A stretch of DNA of 36,829 nt, taken from positions 1-36,829 of the IMG/VR virus record IMGVR_UViG_3300012232_000031, one strand, 5' to 3'. A program made the position numbers and the translations under genes. The notes under the pieces were generated by a model. It made no database searches. It was not told where the DNA came from and worked only from the letters and a program-made list of their open reading frames with translations. The DNA comes from a virus (Duplodnaviria; Caudoviricetes). This document shows, one piece after another, positions 1 to 9,158 of this stretch (positions are counted from its first letter, which is position 1; each line of letters starts with the position of its first letter).

Positions 1-957
1 GGGGTAGGCTGCATCAGCATAGTTCTTTGCTGCCGACCAGAAGCGAATTTCGTAGACACCCATGCCCTCAGCGCCATGCTCAAGGCTACTAGGGTATTCT
101 GCGTAGCTCTCATCTACCGGCAAGTTGAGCGGCGGCGGAAAGGCAGGATCCTTCAACACATCGGATTCGTCAGTAGCCATCTCACGCTGGACATACAGCC
201 GATTCAGCCAGATGAGGTTGGGTGTGCTGAAGTGGCGGGCAGGGTCCCCGTGCCAGATTTCATTGGCCAGCCAGTTAATTGCCAGAGTGCCGTCCAAGAC
301 CCCGTCAATGTAGATGGACAGGACACCGGCTCCATTAGCAGAGCCGCCGTCATAGCTGATGCCGATGTGATAGTCAGTGTTGGCTGTCAGGGTAGCCGTG
401 CTGGTGTATGTGCGGTTAGCCGTCCAGACAGTGGCACTGGTAGACGCCCTGAACCTGACCAGCAGCTTGCCGGCATTGTCGATCCACACAGCCAGTGTGG
501 TGCAGATGTTGACCCACTGGGCAGTGCCTGGAGCTGCGTCTTCGTCGTTAGCCTGCTCCAGAATGTAGAAGTTGCGAGAGGTATCGATCTTCCCCGTATA
601 CAGCCTGAAGTCCCTAGCCCAAGCAGCTGCCCGAGTAAGACTGTAGTCCCCATGCCAAGGGACAAAGCCATAGCTGAGGCTGGGGTAGCTGTGGACTACT
701 ACGTGGGGAATGCTAGCGCCGACCCCTGTGAAGTTCCTAACATGAAAGGGCTTTTCAACAGTAGCCCGCTGGCAAAGCATACCTCGGCGAAGGGCTTTGT
801 CCTTGTAGAGCCGCTGGAAGCCCCGCCGCTTGATGGCTACGCCATTCTGCACATGGCAGTTGCGGGCCACCCTAAGGACTTCCTGGGGCAGATTGTGGTC
901 CTCAGCCGTCAGGTCCATGCCAGCTAGCGGGCCCTTACGTGGGACAATCTGCTTCAT
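1..957 (-). CDS. Probable tail nozzle/stabilization protein (P22 gp10 / T7 gp12-like) with a LamG-like domain; 3'-truncated by the window edge
   Basis: Not in the ORF track. I translated ATG 957 to base 1 with no stop. The N-terminus MKQIVPRKGPLAGMDLTAEDHNLPQEVLRVARNCHVQNGVAIKRRG fits the nozzle-type pattern (N...G..kR.G). LamG-like motifs follow: TDYHIGISYDG, LSIYIDGVLDG, GVYEIRFWS. It lies downstream of the adaptor gene. Confidence 0.65.
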   Translation of the reverse strand, partial: MKQIVPRKGPLAGMDLTAEDHNLPQEVLRVARNCHVQNGVAIKRRGFQRLYKDKALRRGMLCQRATVEKPFHVRNFTGVGASIPHVVVHSYPSLSYGFVPWHGDYSLTRAAAWARDFRLYTGKIDTSRNFYILEQANDEDAAPGTAQWVNICTTLAVWIDNAGKLLVRFRASTSATVWTANRTYTSTATLTANTDYHIGISYDGGSANGAGVLSIYIDGVLDGTLAINWLANEIWHGDPARHFSTPNLIWLNRLYVQREMATDESDVLKDPAFPPPLNLPVDESYAEYPSSLEHGAEGMGVYEIRFWSAAKNYADAAYP

Positions 958-959
958 AG

Positions 960-1211
960 CTAGCCCTTCGTGACCAAACCTACCAACCAGCCCACTAGCC
1001 CGCCCAGTGCCAGGGTGATCCCCAAAGCTACTCGGCCACCAATCTTGGCTCCGTGGATGTCCATACGCAGCTGCTGGATAAGGGCTGAGTTGGCAACCAG
1101 CTGCTCATTGCGTTCTCCTGCCCACTTCTCGTGGTTCTCAAAGTTCCGCGCCAGTGTGTTGAGTTCCATCTCCAGTGTCCTCAGCCTCTGCTCATTGTCA
1201 TGTGGGGCCAT
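960..1211 (-). CDS. Small membrane protein, holin/XhlA-like
   Basis: 83 aa; coiled-coil-like N-terminus plus one C-terminal hydrophobic helix (VALGITLALGGLVGWLVGLV); GAGGA Shine-Dalgarno-like sequence upstream. Confidence 0.6.
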   Translation of the reverse strand: MAPHDNEQRLRTLEMELNTLARNFENHEKWAGERNEQLVANSALIQQLRMDIHGAKIGGRVALGITLALGGLVGWLVGLVTKG

Positions 1212-1226
1212 TGATCCTCGTGGGCA

Positions 1227-1244
1227 AGGGTAGGGGTCTACCCT
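1227..1244. promoter_or_regulatory. Short intergenic hairpin
   Basis: AGGGTAG-gggt-CTACCCT, a 7-bp perfect inverted repeat upstream of the holin-like gene. Confidence 0.35.
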
Positions 1245-1281
1245 CTACTACCCAGCGGTCTTAGCAAGAAAGAGCAAAAAA

Positions 1282-2226
1282 CTAGACGGGCGTAACTGGC
1301 GTGCCAGTAATGAGTTGGCTCCAAGTGAGGGGCGTCGCCCTGATGGGGTCGCTGCTGTCGTCGGCGAAGGAGTTGCTGTCAGCCATGTGGACAGAGCCAA
1401 TTCCTGCGAGGGCACTGTAGCGCTCCTGGGCTTCCCAGTCCCTCAGCTTGATGGCCAGCAACTCAGCTGCCTTGTAGATGAGACGAGTGCGGAAGCCGCG
1501 AGGCAGCTCGCAGATGTCGCCATCAGCTACCATGTCCTTGGGGACGGCGTAATACCAACACTCCCAGCGAGTGAGATTGGCGGGATACGGCCAGAAGCTG
1601 ATGAACTGGCGATTGGGCTGCCAGCCGGTCGTGCCATAGGGCAGGGGGTCCTGGCTGATGGTGTAGAGAGTCTTCGTAGTTGTCAGCCGAGGACTATACT
1701 TGCGAACCTTCTCCAGCGTCCAAGGTTCAGTAGGCTGGGCTTCCTTCCAGAGACCGCTACCCTCAGTCCGCACTGAGTGCATAAAGGCAAAGTCATCAGG
1801 CAGTTCCAGCCAGGCTTGCTTCAGGGTAGCAGTTACCCCGATACTCTGCGCCACCAGGAATCCAATACCCTGGATCTGGGTAACACCGACAGCATTGCCG
1901 GTGACAGTGTAGGCGTTGGGATCCCCAGGAAGGGTCAACTCATAGCGCAGAAGGACGCTGGCTGTGTCTGCTGGCGTCAGCGTGACTGTAGTAGTAGGCG
2001 GCGAGACAGTGATAGCTGTAGTCGTTGTCCTAGTCGCACTCCCCAGGCTGGTCAGGACTGTGGGCTTCAGGCTCCACCGCCAGCACTTCTGCTCCATCCA
2101 GATCAGCTTGAGGGCCTCATTGAGCTTGGACTTGATCTCAGCCAGCAGACCAGACTGGTTGCCAAACTCAGCCGTAAGGGCTGCGTGCAGCGCACCAAAC
2201 GTCATGTCTGCCAGCGTGAGTGTCAC
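1282..2226 (-). CDS. Head-to-tail adaptor (P22 gp4 / T7 gp11-like)
   Basis: 314 aa with typical adaptor motifs LNEALKLIW, LELPDDF, FWPYP, YYAVPKDM..DGD...LP..F...LIYKAA; expected position after the head genes. Confidence 0.7.
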   Translation of the reverse strand: MTLTLADMTFGALHAALTAEFGNQSGLLAEIKSKLNEALKLIWMEQKCWRWSLKPTVLTSLGSATRTTTTAITVSPPTTTVTLTPADTASVLLRYELTLPGDPNAYTVTGNAVGVTQIQGIGFLVAQSIGVTATLKQAWLELPDDFAFMHSVRTEGSGLWKEAQPTEPWTLEKVRKYSPRLTTTKTLYTISQDPLPYGTTGWQPNRQFISFWPYPANLTRWECWYYAVPKDMVADGDICELPRGFRTRLIYKAAELLAIKLRDWEAQERYSALAGIGSVHMADSNSFADDSSDPIRATPLTWSQLITGTPVTPV

Positions 2227-2660
2227 TGGGCGGGCTCCATGCCAGCATCCTGGAGACGAGCGGCAACTGTCTTCTTGATGGCGTCAAACTCAGACAGCAC
2301 CAGGTCAGTGACAGTCGCGGTAGTCAAGGCTTGGAGTCTGGCCTTCTCCTCAGGGTCAAGGTTTGGCACTTCCTTGAGGGTCTTGCGCGCATCCAGCTGG
2401 ATCTTGCGCTGCTTCTCGGTGAACTCAGAAGTCACTGCCAACGTCATCCTCTCCTCCCTGGCCTTGCGCCGAGCTTCAATCTCAGCAGCCCTCTTGCCAG
2501 GGACATAGTCACGGCCCATGGGGAGACGGACAACTGGAGCCTTGCCGGTCTCCTTGCCCTCAGAGTCGAGAATCCCCATAGCCTTGAGCTTCTTCTCCAG
2601 CCTCTGGGGATGGGGGATGTAGTCACAGAAGTCGCCCCTAGGGCCCATACCTGCTCTCAT
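2223..2660 (-). CDS. Hypothetical protein (charged, helical)
   Basis: Likely ATG at 2660, overlapping the upstream TGA (ATGA); GTGA overlap with the adaptor gene. Confidence 0.6.
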   Translation of the reverse strand: MRAGMGPRGDFCDYIPHPQRLEKKLKAMGILDSEGKETGKAPVVRLPMGRDYVPGKRAAEIEARRKAREERMTLAVTSEFTEKQRKIQLDARKTLKEVPNLDPEEKARLQALTTATVTDLVLSEFDAIKKTVAARLQDAGMEPAQ

Positions 2661-3175
2661 GGCATTTCCTCCCACATAATGGAGCCAGTAATCAGACTGG
2701 CAGCCGCTGGGTTTGCTTCATCCAGAACTAGAGCAAACTGCTCAGTGCCTACGACCGAACAGAGAGGCGTCCACAAGTCACCAGGACCCCTATGGAAGTC
2801 CAGCCTGTGGTTGCTGGTGCTGTTGAGGACAGCCGTGTTGTGCCCAAAGCTGGCAAGACGGCCGGCGGTAGTCGGCGTCCCTGTCAAGGAGGGCGCACCT
2901 ACCAGGACAGTCGCACCACTGTCTGGGGATCTACCATTGACCTTGGCAATGACACCAGCGCCACCACCAGAGAAGAGAACAGTGGCTTCTCGCTGGGCCC
3001 TGACGACAATGTTGCCGGCCACAGCTGTGCCGTTAGCTAGGGACAGCTGAACTTCCCAGATGAAGAGAGGCTTCGAGGTTGCCTCAGCTGTCCTGTGGAT
3101 GGATACAAGGGCAAGCTCATCGGCAACTGCGCCGACTGCTGCGAGGGTGAACTGGATCCTGTAGTGGTGTCCCAT
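2657..3175 (-). CDS. Hypothetical virion protein (beta-rich)
   Basis: 172 aa in the structural operon; GGGAG SD-like sequence upstream; translationally coupled to the next gene. Confidence 0.6.
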   Translation of the reverse strand: MGHHYRIQFTLAAVGAVADELALVSIHRTAEATSKPLFIWEVQLSLANGTAVAGNIVVRAQREATVLFSGGGAGVIAKVNGRSPDSGATVLVGAPSLTGTPTTAGRLASFGHNTAVLNSTSNHRLDFHRGPGDLWTPLCSVVGTEQFALVLDEANPAAASLITGSIMWEEMP

Positions 3176-3192
3176 AGTAGGTTACTCCCTAG

Positions 3193-3216
3193 GGAGATGG
3201 GGTTGCCCCCACCTCC
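3193..3216 (-). promoter_or_regulatory. GNRA-capped RNA hairpin (mRNA stabiliser or weak terminator)
   Basis: On the minus strand GGAGGTGGGG-GCAA-CCCCATCTCC forms a 10-bp stem with one G-U pair directly after a stop codon; no U-tract follows. Confidence 0.55.
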
Positions 3217-3217
3217 A

Positions 3218-3709
3218 CTAGAGACCAGTCACACCGAGGTTGTAGTCAGCACGAAGCAGGCTGGCTGCTGGATCGATCACACTGGTGCCGTTGGTCGTAG
3301 GACGGTTGCGCCGACCCACAATCAAGACAGACAGGGTGTCGTAAATCAGCGGCGGACCTGCCGTAGTCGTCAACTCAGTCGCCGTCCCATCGTGCAGCCA
3401 GGTGTAAACTTCTACCTGAGTCTGGCTAACAATCGAGTAGGTGGCAAACAGCTTGAGTCCAGCGCCGGTGCCTACATGTCCCACCGTAGCGTAGACAAAC
3501 AAGGGGAAGGTAGTCCCCGTGAAGTCGAACGGCTTGAAGTTGAACACGTAGATGCCGACATTGCTCCTGGTGATCGAGGTCATGTTGTATGACCATCGAG
3601 TTGTCAGCGTGGTAGTTGCCACACTGACTACTGCGGCTGCGCTGTGCTGACCAAAGTAGGCATTTGCCTTCAGGTCATCACGGGCAGCCATGGAGACTAG
3701 GTCAATCAT
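3218..3709 (-). CDS. Hypothetical virion/fibre-like protein
   Basis: 163 aa; motif SYNMTSITRSNVGIYVFNF resembles the S.N..Si....G.Y..nF beta-domains of phage fibre/decoration proteins; AGGAGG SD. Confidence 0.55.
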   Translation of the reverse strand: MIDLVSMAARDDLKANAYFGQHSAAAVVSVATTTLTTRWSYNMTSITRSNVGIYVFNFKPFDFTGTTFPLFVYATVGHVGTGAGLKLFATYSIVSQTQVEVYTWLHDGTATELTTTAGPPLIYDTLSVLIVGRRNRPTTNGTSVIDPAASLLRADYNLGVTGL

Positions 3710-3717
3710 TGGGCCTC

Positions 3718-4608
3718 CTAGATTCCGAAGGCTGCGAAGAGATTGAGGCCGGTGTCCATCTGAACGCGAGCCATCCAGGCATCACCAGCCTGGCCGTCCA
3801 CAGGGGTGCCAGCGCCCACAGAAGCTACCACCTTGAGAACAGTATCCGCAGTCACAACAGTGTTGACGAGCCCGACAACTGTGTCGTAGCTGCGCCAAGT
3901 GTTCAAGGTCAGGGCACCACCGCCAAGAGCCGCACTGTTGGTGACGGTTGCGATCCCGGTTCCAGCGTAGGTAGACAGAGTGAACAGCCACACGTTGGAA
4001 TCACTGGCAGCGATAGTGGTATCGCCAATGTAGACCCAGAACCCAGTGATGGCCCCAGCCACCGGCACACGCATGACCGGGAACCTAACCGGCAAACTGC
4101 CAGTTGCCACACCGACCATGGTAGTCAGCATGGAGTTGGTGTTGAAGGCACCACCACGCAAGGTCTCCTGCATAGCAGCCTCATTGGGCCCCAACAGAAG
4201 GACATCTGCCCAGTAGTCACCACCCTCAGCAACAGCTGTATCCTGAGCCACTGCCGCAAGACCATACTCACCAAGGGCCCGCAACCTGAGGACACCAGGA
4301 GAGCCGCTGACGAAGTCAGCCACCAGGCCAGATCCAGCAGTGACAGCACTGTTGACGCGAGCACGCACAGTGCCCTCCACAGCAATGGTGCCATAGCCAC
4401 CACTCACCGGGATGTCATTCATGCAGACGCCAGCCACACCAAGGGCAACGTCAGCAGTTACCTGCCGCTTGACCCTGCGGGCCTTGTCAGTGATGACAGG
4501 AGTAGTTGCATCCCAAACGACAGTCTCACCCTTCTTGAGAAGAGTGGTCGTCCCATTCATGACCCGCATCGAGCGAGCCACATCGTATCCAAGGTCGTAG
4601 CTAGGCAT
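3718..4608 (-). CDS. Capsid cement/decoration protein (DUF2190-like N-terminus plus C-terminal beta extension)
   Basis: Directly after the major capsid gene; motif GVAGVCMNDIPVSGGYGTIAVEG...AVTAGSGLV. Confidence 0.6.
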   Translation of the reverse strand: MPSYDLGYDVARSMRVMNGTTTLLKKGETVVWDATTPVITDKARRVKRQVTADVALGVAGVCMNDIPVSGGYGTIAVEGTVRARVNSAVTAGSGLVADFVSGSPGVLRLRALGEYGLAAVAQDTAVAEGGDYWADVLLLGPNEAAMQETLRGGAFNTNSMLTTMVGVATGSLPVRFPVMRVPVAGAITGFWVYIGDTTIAASDSNVWLFTLSTYAGTGIATVTNSAALGGGALTLNTWRSYDTVVGLVNTVVTADTVLKVVASVGAGTPVDGQAGDAWMARVQMDTGLNLFAAFGI

Positions 4609-4611
4609 GGG

Positions 4612-5601
4612 TCACCCAATGATCTCAAGGGCACACTGGAAGCGGGAATTGCTCAGGGTCATGGCCCCAGCAAACAAGATGTAGGACACATAGGCGTCCT
4701 GGGCGATTGGCTGCTCACCCTCGCCAGAGCCGCGAGCACTGAAGTTGCGGTCCTGGTGGATGCGGAGCCGGAGGAACTTGCTGTTGCCGAAGTAGATCAC
4801 CCAGCTGGTGCCGTCGCCAGTTGCACTGGGAGTAGTGATACCATTCCCCAGGCAGTTGCGGTTCCACATGAGGGTGACACCGTCAATGACGACATTGTCG
4901 TAGGACAAGTCCATCATCGCCTGGTTGATGAGCCGCTGCTTGCCGGCATTCTGATTGATGATGGCCTCGAAGGGCTCAGTCGAGCAGATGCCGAAGTCAG
5001 GACGCTCACGGCCCTCACTGGCAAGGCGGATGGCAGACCGGCAATCCTGGGTGATCGTGGCCACCGTGCCGGCCTTATACTTGTTGCGCCACCAAGCCTC
5101 ACTGGCGCGGGCAATGCCGCCCACAGTGTCATTGGGGGACACCTCATTCTCAATGAACTCATCGAGACCCAGGATGTCATCAGCAGTCTTGGTGGCACTG
5201 CTGGCGTGGACGTGGCGGTCAAGGAGGCTGATTAGACCCTCCTCAGCCATTGCCAGCTTGGCCGCCCAGACCTTAATGACTCCATGCTCATTGGCATTGC
5301 GGAGTCGCTCCAGTCCGGACATGGTGGCAGCTGCACTGTATTGCTTCCAGTTATAGGTGGCAGCAGTCAGCTCGTCCTGGGGCGTGTTGTCAAGAGCCCC
5401 ATAGCCAGTGTAGCTCTGGGCAGTTGCGTTCTCAGCCCACTGGATGGGCTCCTGCAAGTAGTCAGCCCCAGGCTCCAGCTTCATTCGCCCCTTCTGCCTG
5501 AGGAAGGCAAAGGTGGCATTGCCCAGGGTCACGTTGTCAGCAATACTCGGCGTGATCTGCTGGAGCGTGACAGCTGGGATAGTCGTGATGGTCGGTGCCA
5601 T
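4612..5601 (-). CDS. Major capsid protein (HK97 fold)
   Basis: 329 aa; IADNV...N, QSYTGY..L, AATYNWKQY, ILGL, VGGI.R...WWRN, YFGNSKFL motifs typical of a widespread phage MCP family; follows the scaffold gene. Confidence 0.85.
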   Translation of the reverse strand: MAPTITTIPAVTLQQITPSIADNVTLGNATFAFLRQKGRMKLEPGADYLQEPIQWAENATAQSYTGYGALDNTPQDELTAATYNWKQYSAAATMSGLERLRNANEHGVIKVWAAKLAMAEEGLISLLDRHVHASSATKTADDILGLDEFIENEVSPNDTVGGIARASEAWWRNKYKAGTVATITQDCRSAIRLASEGRERPDFGICSTEPFEAIINQNAGKQRLINQAMMDLSYDNVVIDGVTLMWNRNCLGNGITTPSATGDGTSWVIYFGNSKFLRLRIHQDRNFSARGSGEGEQPIAQDAYVSYILFAGAMTLSNSRFQCALEIIG

Positions 5602-5628
5602 TGTCGGTTACCCTAACTTGGTTGATGG

Positions 5629-6483
5629 TTAGATCGAGAAACCTTGCTTCTGAGCTGCGTGCATCAACCTATCCTCCATGGGGAGATGCCTCATTGCCCG
5701 GATTTCACTACCCAAGGCTTTGAGAGTCTCCTCTCTACTGGTAGGTCCAACTCCAGCCGTCGGGCGCTCAGACACCGGCGGTGGGGAATTCTGTGCCTGG
5801 TTGCCACCACCCATACGGGCAGCATTGGCAGCCATGAGTTTTGCGTGCTGGTAGGCAAACGCGAGGTCGGTCCCTGGATGCTCCTGCATGATCTTCTCCA
5901 TCACGGGGAAGTGAGCGGTAGCATCGGGATACTTCTTGACCAGCTCCTGAACTCGGCGATGGCCCTCATTCTGGCCAGTGAATGCCTGCTTGAGCTGGTG
6001 AATCTCCTGACGCAGCTGGGCAACCTCCCCACTTGGAGGAGTCTGTGCAGCGCCGCCCTGCTGAACCCCATGCTGCTTGGGGATAAAGCGATCAGGAATG
6101 TTGCCGCCATTGCGGATGGTCTCAGTCAGCAGCTCCCAGATAGCAGGGCTGTCCTGCTGGAGATCCTGGATGAACTCCAGGGCAGACTGGGCACGCTCAC
6201 CACCCTTGCGGAGATTGCCAACCTTCTCGGCGAGGAGCATATTCAGCCGGCTGGGGTCCTTGCTAGCTTCCTCAAGCTCAGAAGCACTGGCAAAGCCCTC
6301 GATATCTGACCAGCGGTAGGCAGACGTAGGGCTGGGGGGAGGCTGGCTGTTCAGCTTGGGAGGCGGGGGTGCATCTGCCCGCAAGTCCGGCATCACTGGC
6401 GGCGTCCTATCCAGCTTGGCTGGGGCAGCGTCACTGTAGGCGTTGGGGGTAGACTGGGGATCAAGGACGAAAGGGTCTGCCAT
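5629..6483 (-). CDS. Capsid scaffolding protein
   Basis: 284 aa, Pro/Gln-rich and helical, between portal and MCP; LAFAYQHAKL-type motif and short C-terminal helix. Confidence 0.65.
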   Translation of the reverse strand: MADPFVLDPQSTPNAYSDAAPAKLDRTPPVMPDLRADAPPPPKLNSQPPPSPTSAYRWSDIEGFASASELEEASKDPSRLNMLLAEKVGNLRKGGERAQSALEFIQDLQQDSPAIWELLTETIRNGGNIPDRFIPKQHGVQQGGAAQTPPSGEVAQLRQEIHQLKQAFTGQNEGHRRVQELVKKYPDATAHFPVMEKIMQEHPGTDLAFAYQHAKLMAANAARMGGGNQAQNSPPPVSERPTAGVGPTSREETLKALGSEIRAMRHLPMEDRLMHAAQKQGFSI

Positions 6484-6486
6484 AGT

Positions 6487-6858
6487 TCACACAGTAAAGC
6501 GAGGGTCTACCTTCTTCTCCTCGGCGCTTCTAGCGGGGAGACTTGTATTCTTGTCTGCTTTCCAGTTCTCGATGATCTGGCGCTCTACCTCGGGAGTCAC
6601 CAGCTCCTTGCGGGGAGGCTTGCGGTTGCGGACCTTGGTGTCCTTGTCGTAGCCAAGCTGGTTGGCGGCAAGGAACTTGTCTCTCTGCTCGCGGCTAGTG
6701 AAGGTGGGCCTACCAGGAGCATCGTGCTCTGTGTATTCCTTGAAGCCCATCACCTGGAAAGTTGCCTGTCTCTCTGGGCCAGGTGGACACATGCAGGGAT
6801 CACTCCCACTACAGTAGGTATTGCACTTGTGGCAGATGCGGCCAAGGAGAGTAGCCAC
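6487..6858 (-). CDS. Small Cys-containing hypothetical protein between portal and scaffold
   Basis: CHKC...CMC followed by FTSREQRDKFLAANQL, resembling small proteins common at this position in podovirus-like genomes. Confidence 0.55.
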   Translation of the reverse strand: MATLLGRICHKCNTYCSGSDPCMCPPGPERQATFQVMGFKEYTEHDAPGRPTFTSREQRDKFLAANQLGYDKDTKVRNRKPPRKELVTPEVERQIIENWKADKNTSLPARSAEEKKVDPRFTV

Positions 6859-6900
6859 TACGACATCCTCGGAGTCGAAGGCTCAGTGCATCTCAGAATA

Positions 6901-9141
6901 CTACCGCTCATTGCTGGCACCTACTGCGGCAGGGACTGGAGTCTCTGTCTCAGACCGCTGAGCCTCACCGCGAGCTTGGTTGGCAGGAGACAGTTCATTG
7001 CCGGTGGCACTGTCCAGGGCCCCCATCTGGCCGGCTTCTCCAGCAGCTGACTCTTGCTGCTTGAGTTGATCCAGCTGAGCGATGTGCTGGTCCTTGTGCA
7101 TGAGGACGGCAGCGTGGCCCATGGGGTTGGTCTGCTGGGCGTTGGCGGCAGCAGGACTTGCCAGGTAGATGTCGATGACAGCAATATGTGCCGTGTCATC
7201 CTCGCCCATGGTGGTGCTGGTCGGGATCCCTGCCAGCATCTGGATGATCTCCAAGCACTGCTGCTCCCTCTGGCTGGCTTGCAGGGGGTTGCCCATGATG
7301 GCGGTAGCGTTGTCAACTTGCAGGGACTTCAGGTAGTTAAAGTAGACAATGTCGAGACGGAGCCAAGGCAGGAAGGGCTTGAGCTGTATAGCGCTCTGGA
7401 GCACCGCTGTGTTCTTCTGGAGTTCCTTCTGCTCATTGGCAAACTTGGTGGACTCGAAGCGCACCTTGATGCTGGGGACTTCGCCGTTGAGGTTGTCCGG
7501 ACCAAACTTCATCCACTCGACGGCACCACCAGAGCCAACTCGCCGGACTACGTAGTCACGGTCTACAAATGCCTGGAACATGGAGATCAGGGTGTAGACA
7601 CCGTCTTCGCAGAAGTCCTGGACGATGGACAGCTTCTCACTGGTGGAGACGTTCTGCCCGCCCTCAATGATCTTGGCTTCAGTGGCAGTGCGCGCACCTG
7701 TCTCACCCTTGCGGTTCTCACTGACACCACCTACCCGATCAAACGCATCGAACATGAGGCTAATCATGTTGTTGGCGTCACTGGACATGGTGGGAAAGAC
7801 GATGGGGACTACTACGTTGGTCGGGTCACCCTTGACCTTGATGAAGGTGCCATCGGCTCCTAGGCGCAGCTGCTCCTGTGCAATGCCGGGCTCAGAGAGA
7901 GCCTTCTCATTGATGACGCCCATCCTGGAGAACCGATTGCAGTTTGCCAGTGTCTTGCGAACCAGCCAGGTCAGCATGTGCTGGATGTCGGCGATCGACT
8001 CAATCTCCGACATGGGGGGTTCATCAGGCACGTCGTTGAAAGCCAGCCTGTGGATGGGATAGCCAGAATCGGCGGTCCCCAGCATCGACTCCCAGCTGAC
8101 TTCCCTGATCGGCGTCTCTGCTCCTTCCAGGAGGGTGATGACCCGGCGATGCACTCCAAGGTCTACCAGGTCGTAGACCCAGACTTCCCAGAGCACACCC
8201 ATGTGCAGGTATTCGGGGAACTGGCGCTCTTCCTCCAGCTTGTCACGCTCACCCCTAGGGAAGCCTGGAGTAAACAGAAAGGGACTGCTCTGGGTCCTGA
8301 GTGTATTCTTGTCAGACAGGATCTTGGGGACCTTGTAGCCAGGAGTGGCTCTGATCTCACTGAGTGGCTTCAGATACCTGATTGCCAGGAACCTAGCGTT
8401 GAGTGGATCCCTGTCTGGCACCAGTGGATCTACCACCACGTTGTGAGGAGCCAAGCGGGACACAAAAGGCCCATCCTTGAGCAGCCAGGTGATCGGATCG
8501 CCCCCGGCTTCGCTGGTGCTCTTGGGGAGCCTGTTGCGCCCGCTGGTTCCACGTCGAGAGGAGTTTGTGCTAGTTGGCTGACTACCGCCTGTCAGGTAGC
8601 CAGACATGGAGAGGGCTTGACTGAAGAAGTCAGTAGGTGGGGCAGCTACTGGTCCGTCAGCAGTGGGACCCTCTGATCGCTCATCGTAGCGCTGTCTCCC
8701 TGCCCATCCATATTTCTTCCAGCCCTCACCGTAGACTACTGCATCTGTGACACAGCGTTTGATCTCCCTCTTGAACTTCATCAGGGGGAGACTGTGATTG
8801 ATGAGACCCTCCCAGATGGGCGCATTGGGCGCATCAGCGTCTGTAGGTGGGAGACAGTCGATCCAGGGATCGTGGGCGAAGAGTGTAGGGACTAGGGTCC
8901 TCACATGGCGATTGACAAGATTGAGCGTGAGCCTGTCAATGTCAATGTTGATGGACCGCAGCTCGGTGGTGTCAATGCCTTGTCGCCGGAACTCCCCTAC
9001 CAGCATGTCCTTCCAGTGATTCCAGCGGTTGCGAAGCGCCTCGTCCCTGCGCCACGCAACATCAATCCAGGCCCCCAGTTGAGACGTTGCGTCTGCATCT
9101 AGGGTCTGATTCCGAGCCGGCACGCTATCGGTAGTGGGCAT
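6901..9141 (-). CDS. Portal protein (P22-like, long)
   Basis: 746 aa directly after TerL; TLNLV..HVRTLVP.L, DAVVYGEGW.KYGW, VVVDP, GGVSEN.KG...RTATEA motifs and a C-terminal DD.AHI..H region. Confidence 0.85.
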   Translation of the reverse strand: MPTTDSVPARNQTLDADATSQLGAWIDVAWRRDEALRNRWNHWKDMLVGEFRRQGIDTTELRSINIDIDRLTLNLVNRHVRTLVPTLFAHDPWIDCLPPTDADAPNAPIWEGLINHSLPLMKFKREIKRCVTDAVVYGEGWKKYGWAGRQRYDERSEGPTADGPVAAPPTDFFSQALSMSGYLTGGSQPTSTNSSRRGTSGRNRLPKSTSEAGGDPITWLLKDGPFVSRLAPHNVVVDPLVPDRDPLNARFLAIRYLKPLSEIRATPGYKVPKILSDKNTLRTQSSPFLFTPGFPRGERDKLEEERQFPEYLHMGVLWEVWVYDLVDLGVHRRVITLLEGAETPIREVSWESMLGTADSGYPIHRLAFNDVPDEPPMSEIESIADIQHMLTWLVRKTLANCNRFSRMGVINEKALSEPGIAQEQLRLGADGTFIKVKGDPTNVVVPIVFPTMSSDANNMISLMFDAFDRVGGVSENRKGETGARTATEAKIIEGGQNVSTSEKLSIVQDFCEDGVYTLISMFQAFVDRDYVVRRVGSGGAVEWMKFGPDNLNGEVPSIKVRFESTKFANEQKELQKNTAVLQSAIQLKPFLPWLRLDIVYFNYLKSLQVDNATAIMGNPLQASQREQQCLEIIQMLAGIPTSTTMGEDDTAHIAVIDIYLASPAAANAQQTNPMGHAAVLMHKDQHIAQLDQLKQQESAAGEAGQMGALDSATGNELSPANQARGEAQRSETETPVPAAVGASNER

Positions 9142-9158
9142 GGGCTGGGTGTAGGGGA

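Noticed and set aside
3664-5235. 523-aa plus-strand ORF, and other long antisense ORFs (76-927, 7054-7863, 31729-32778, 34045-34953)
   Set aside because: Shadow frames opposite clear capsid, portal and virion genes; no motifs; expected in GC-rich coding DNA.
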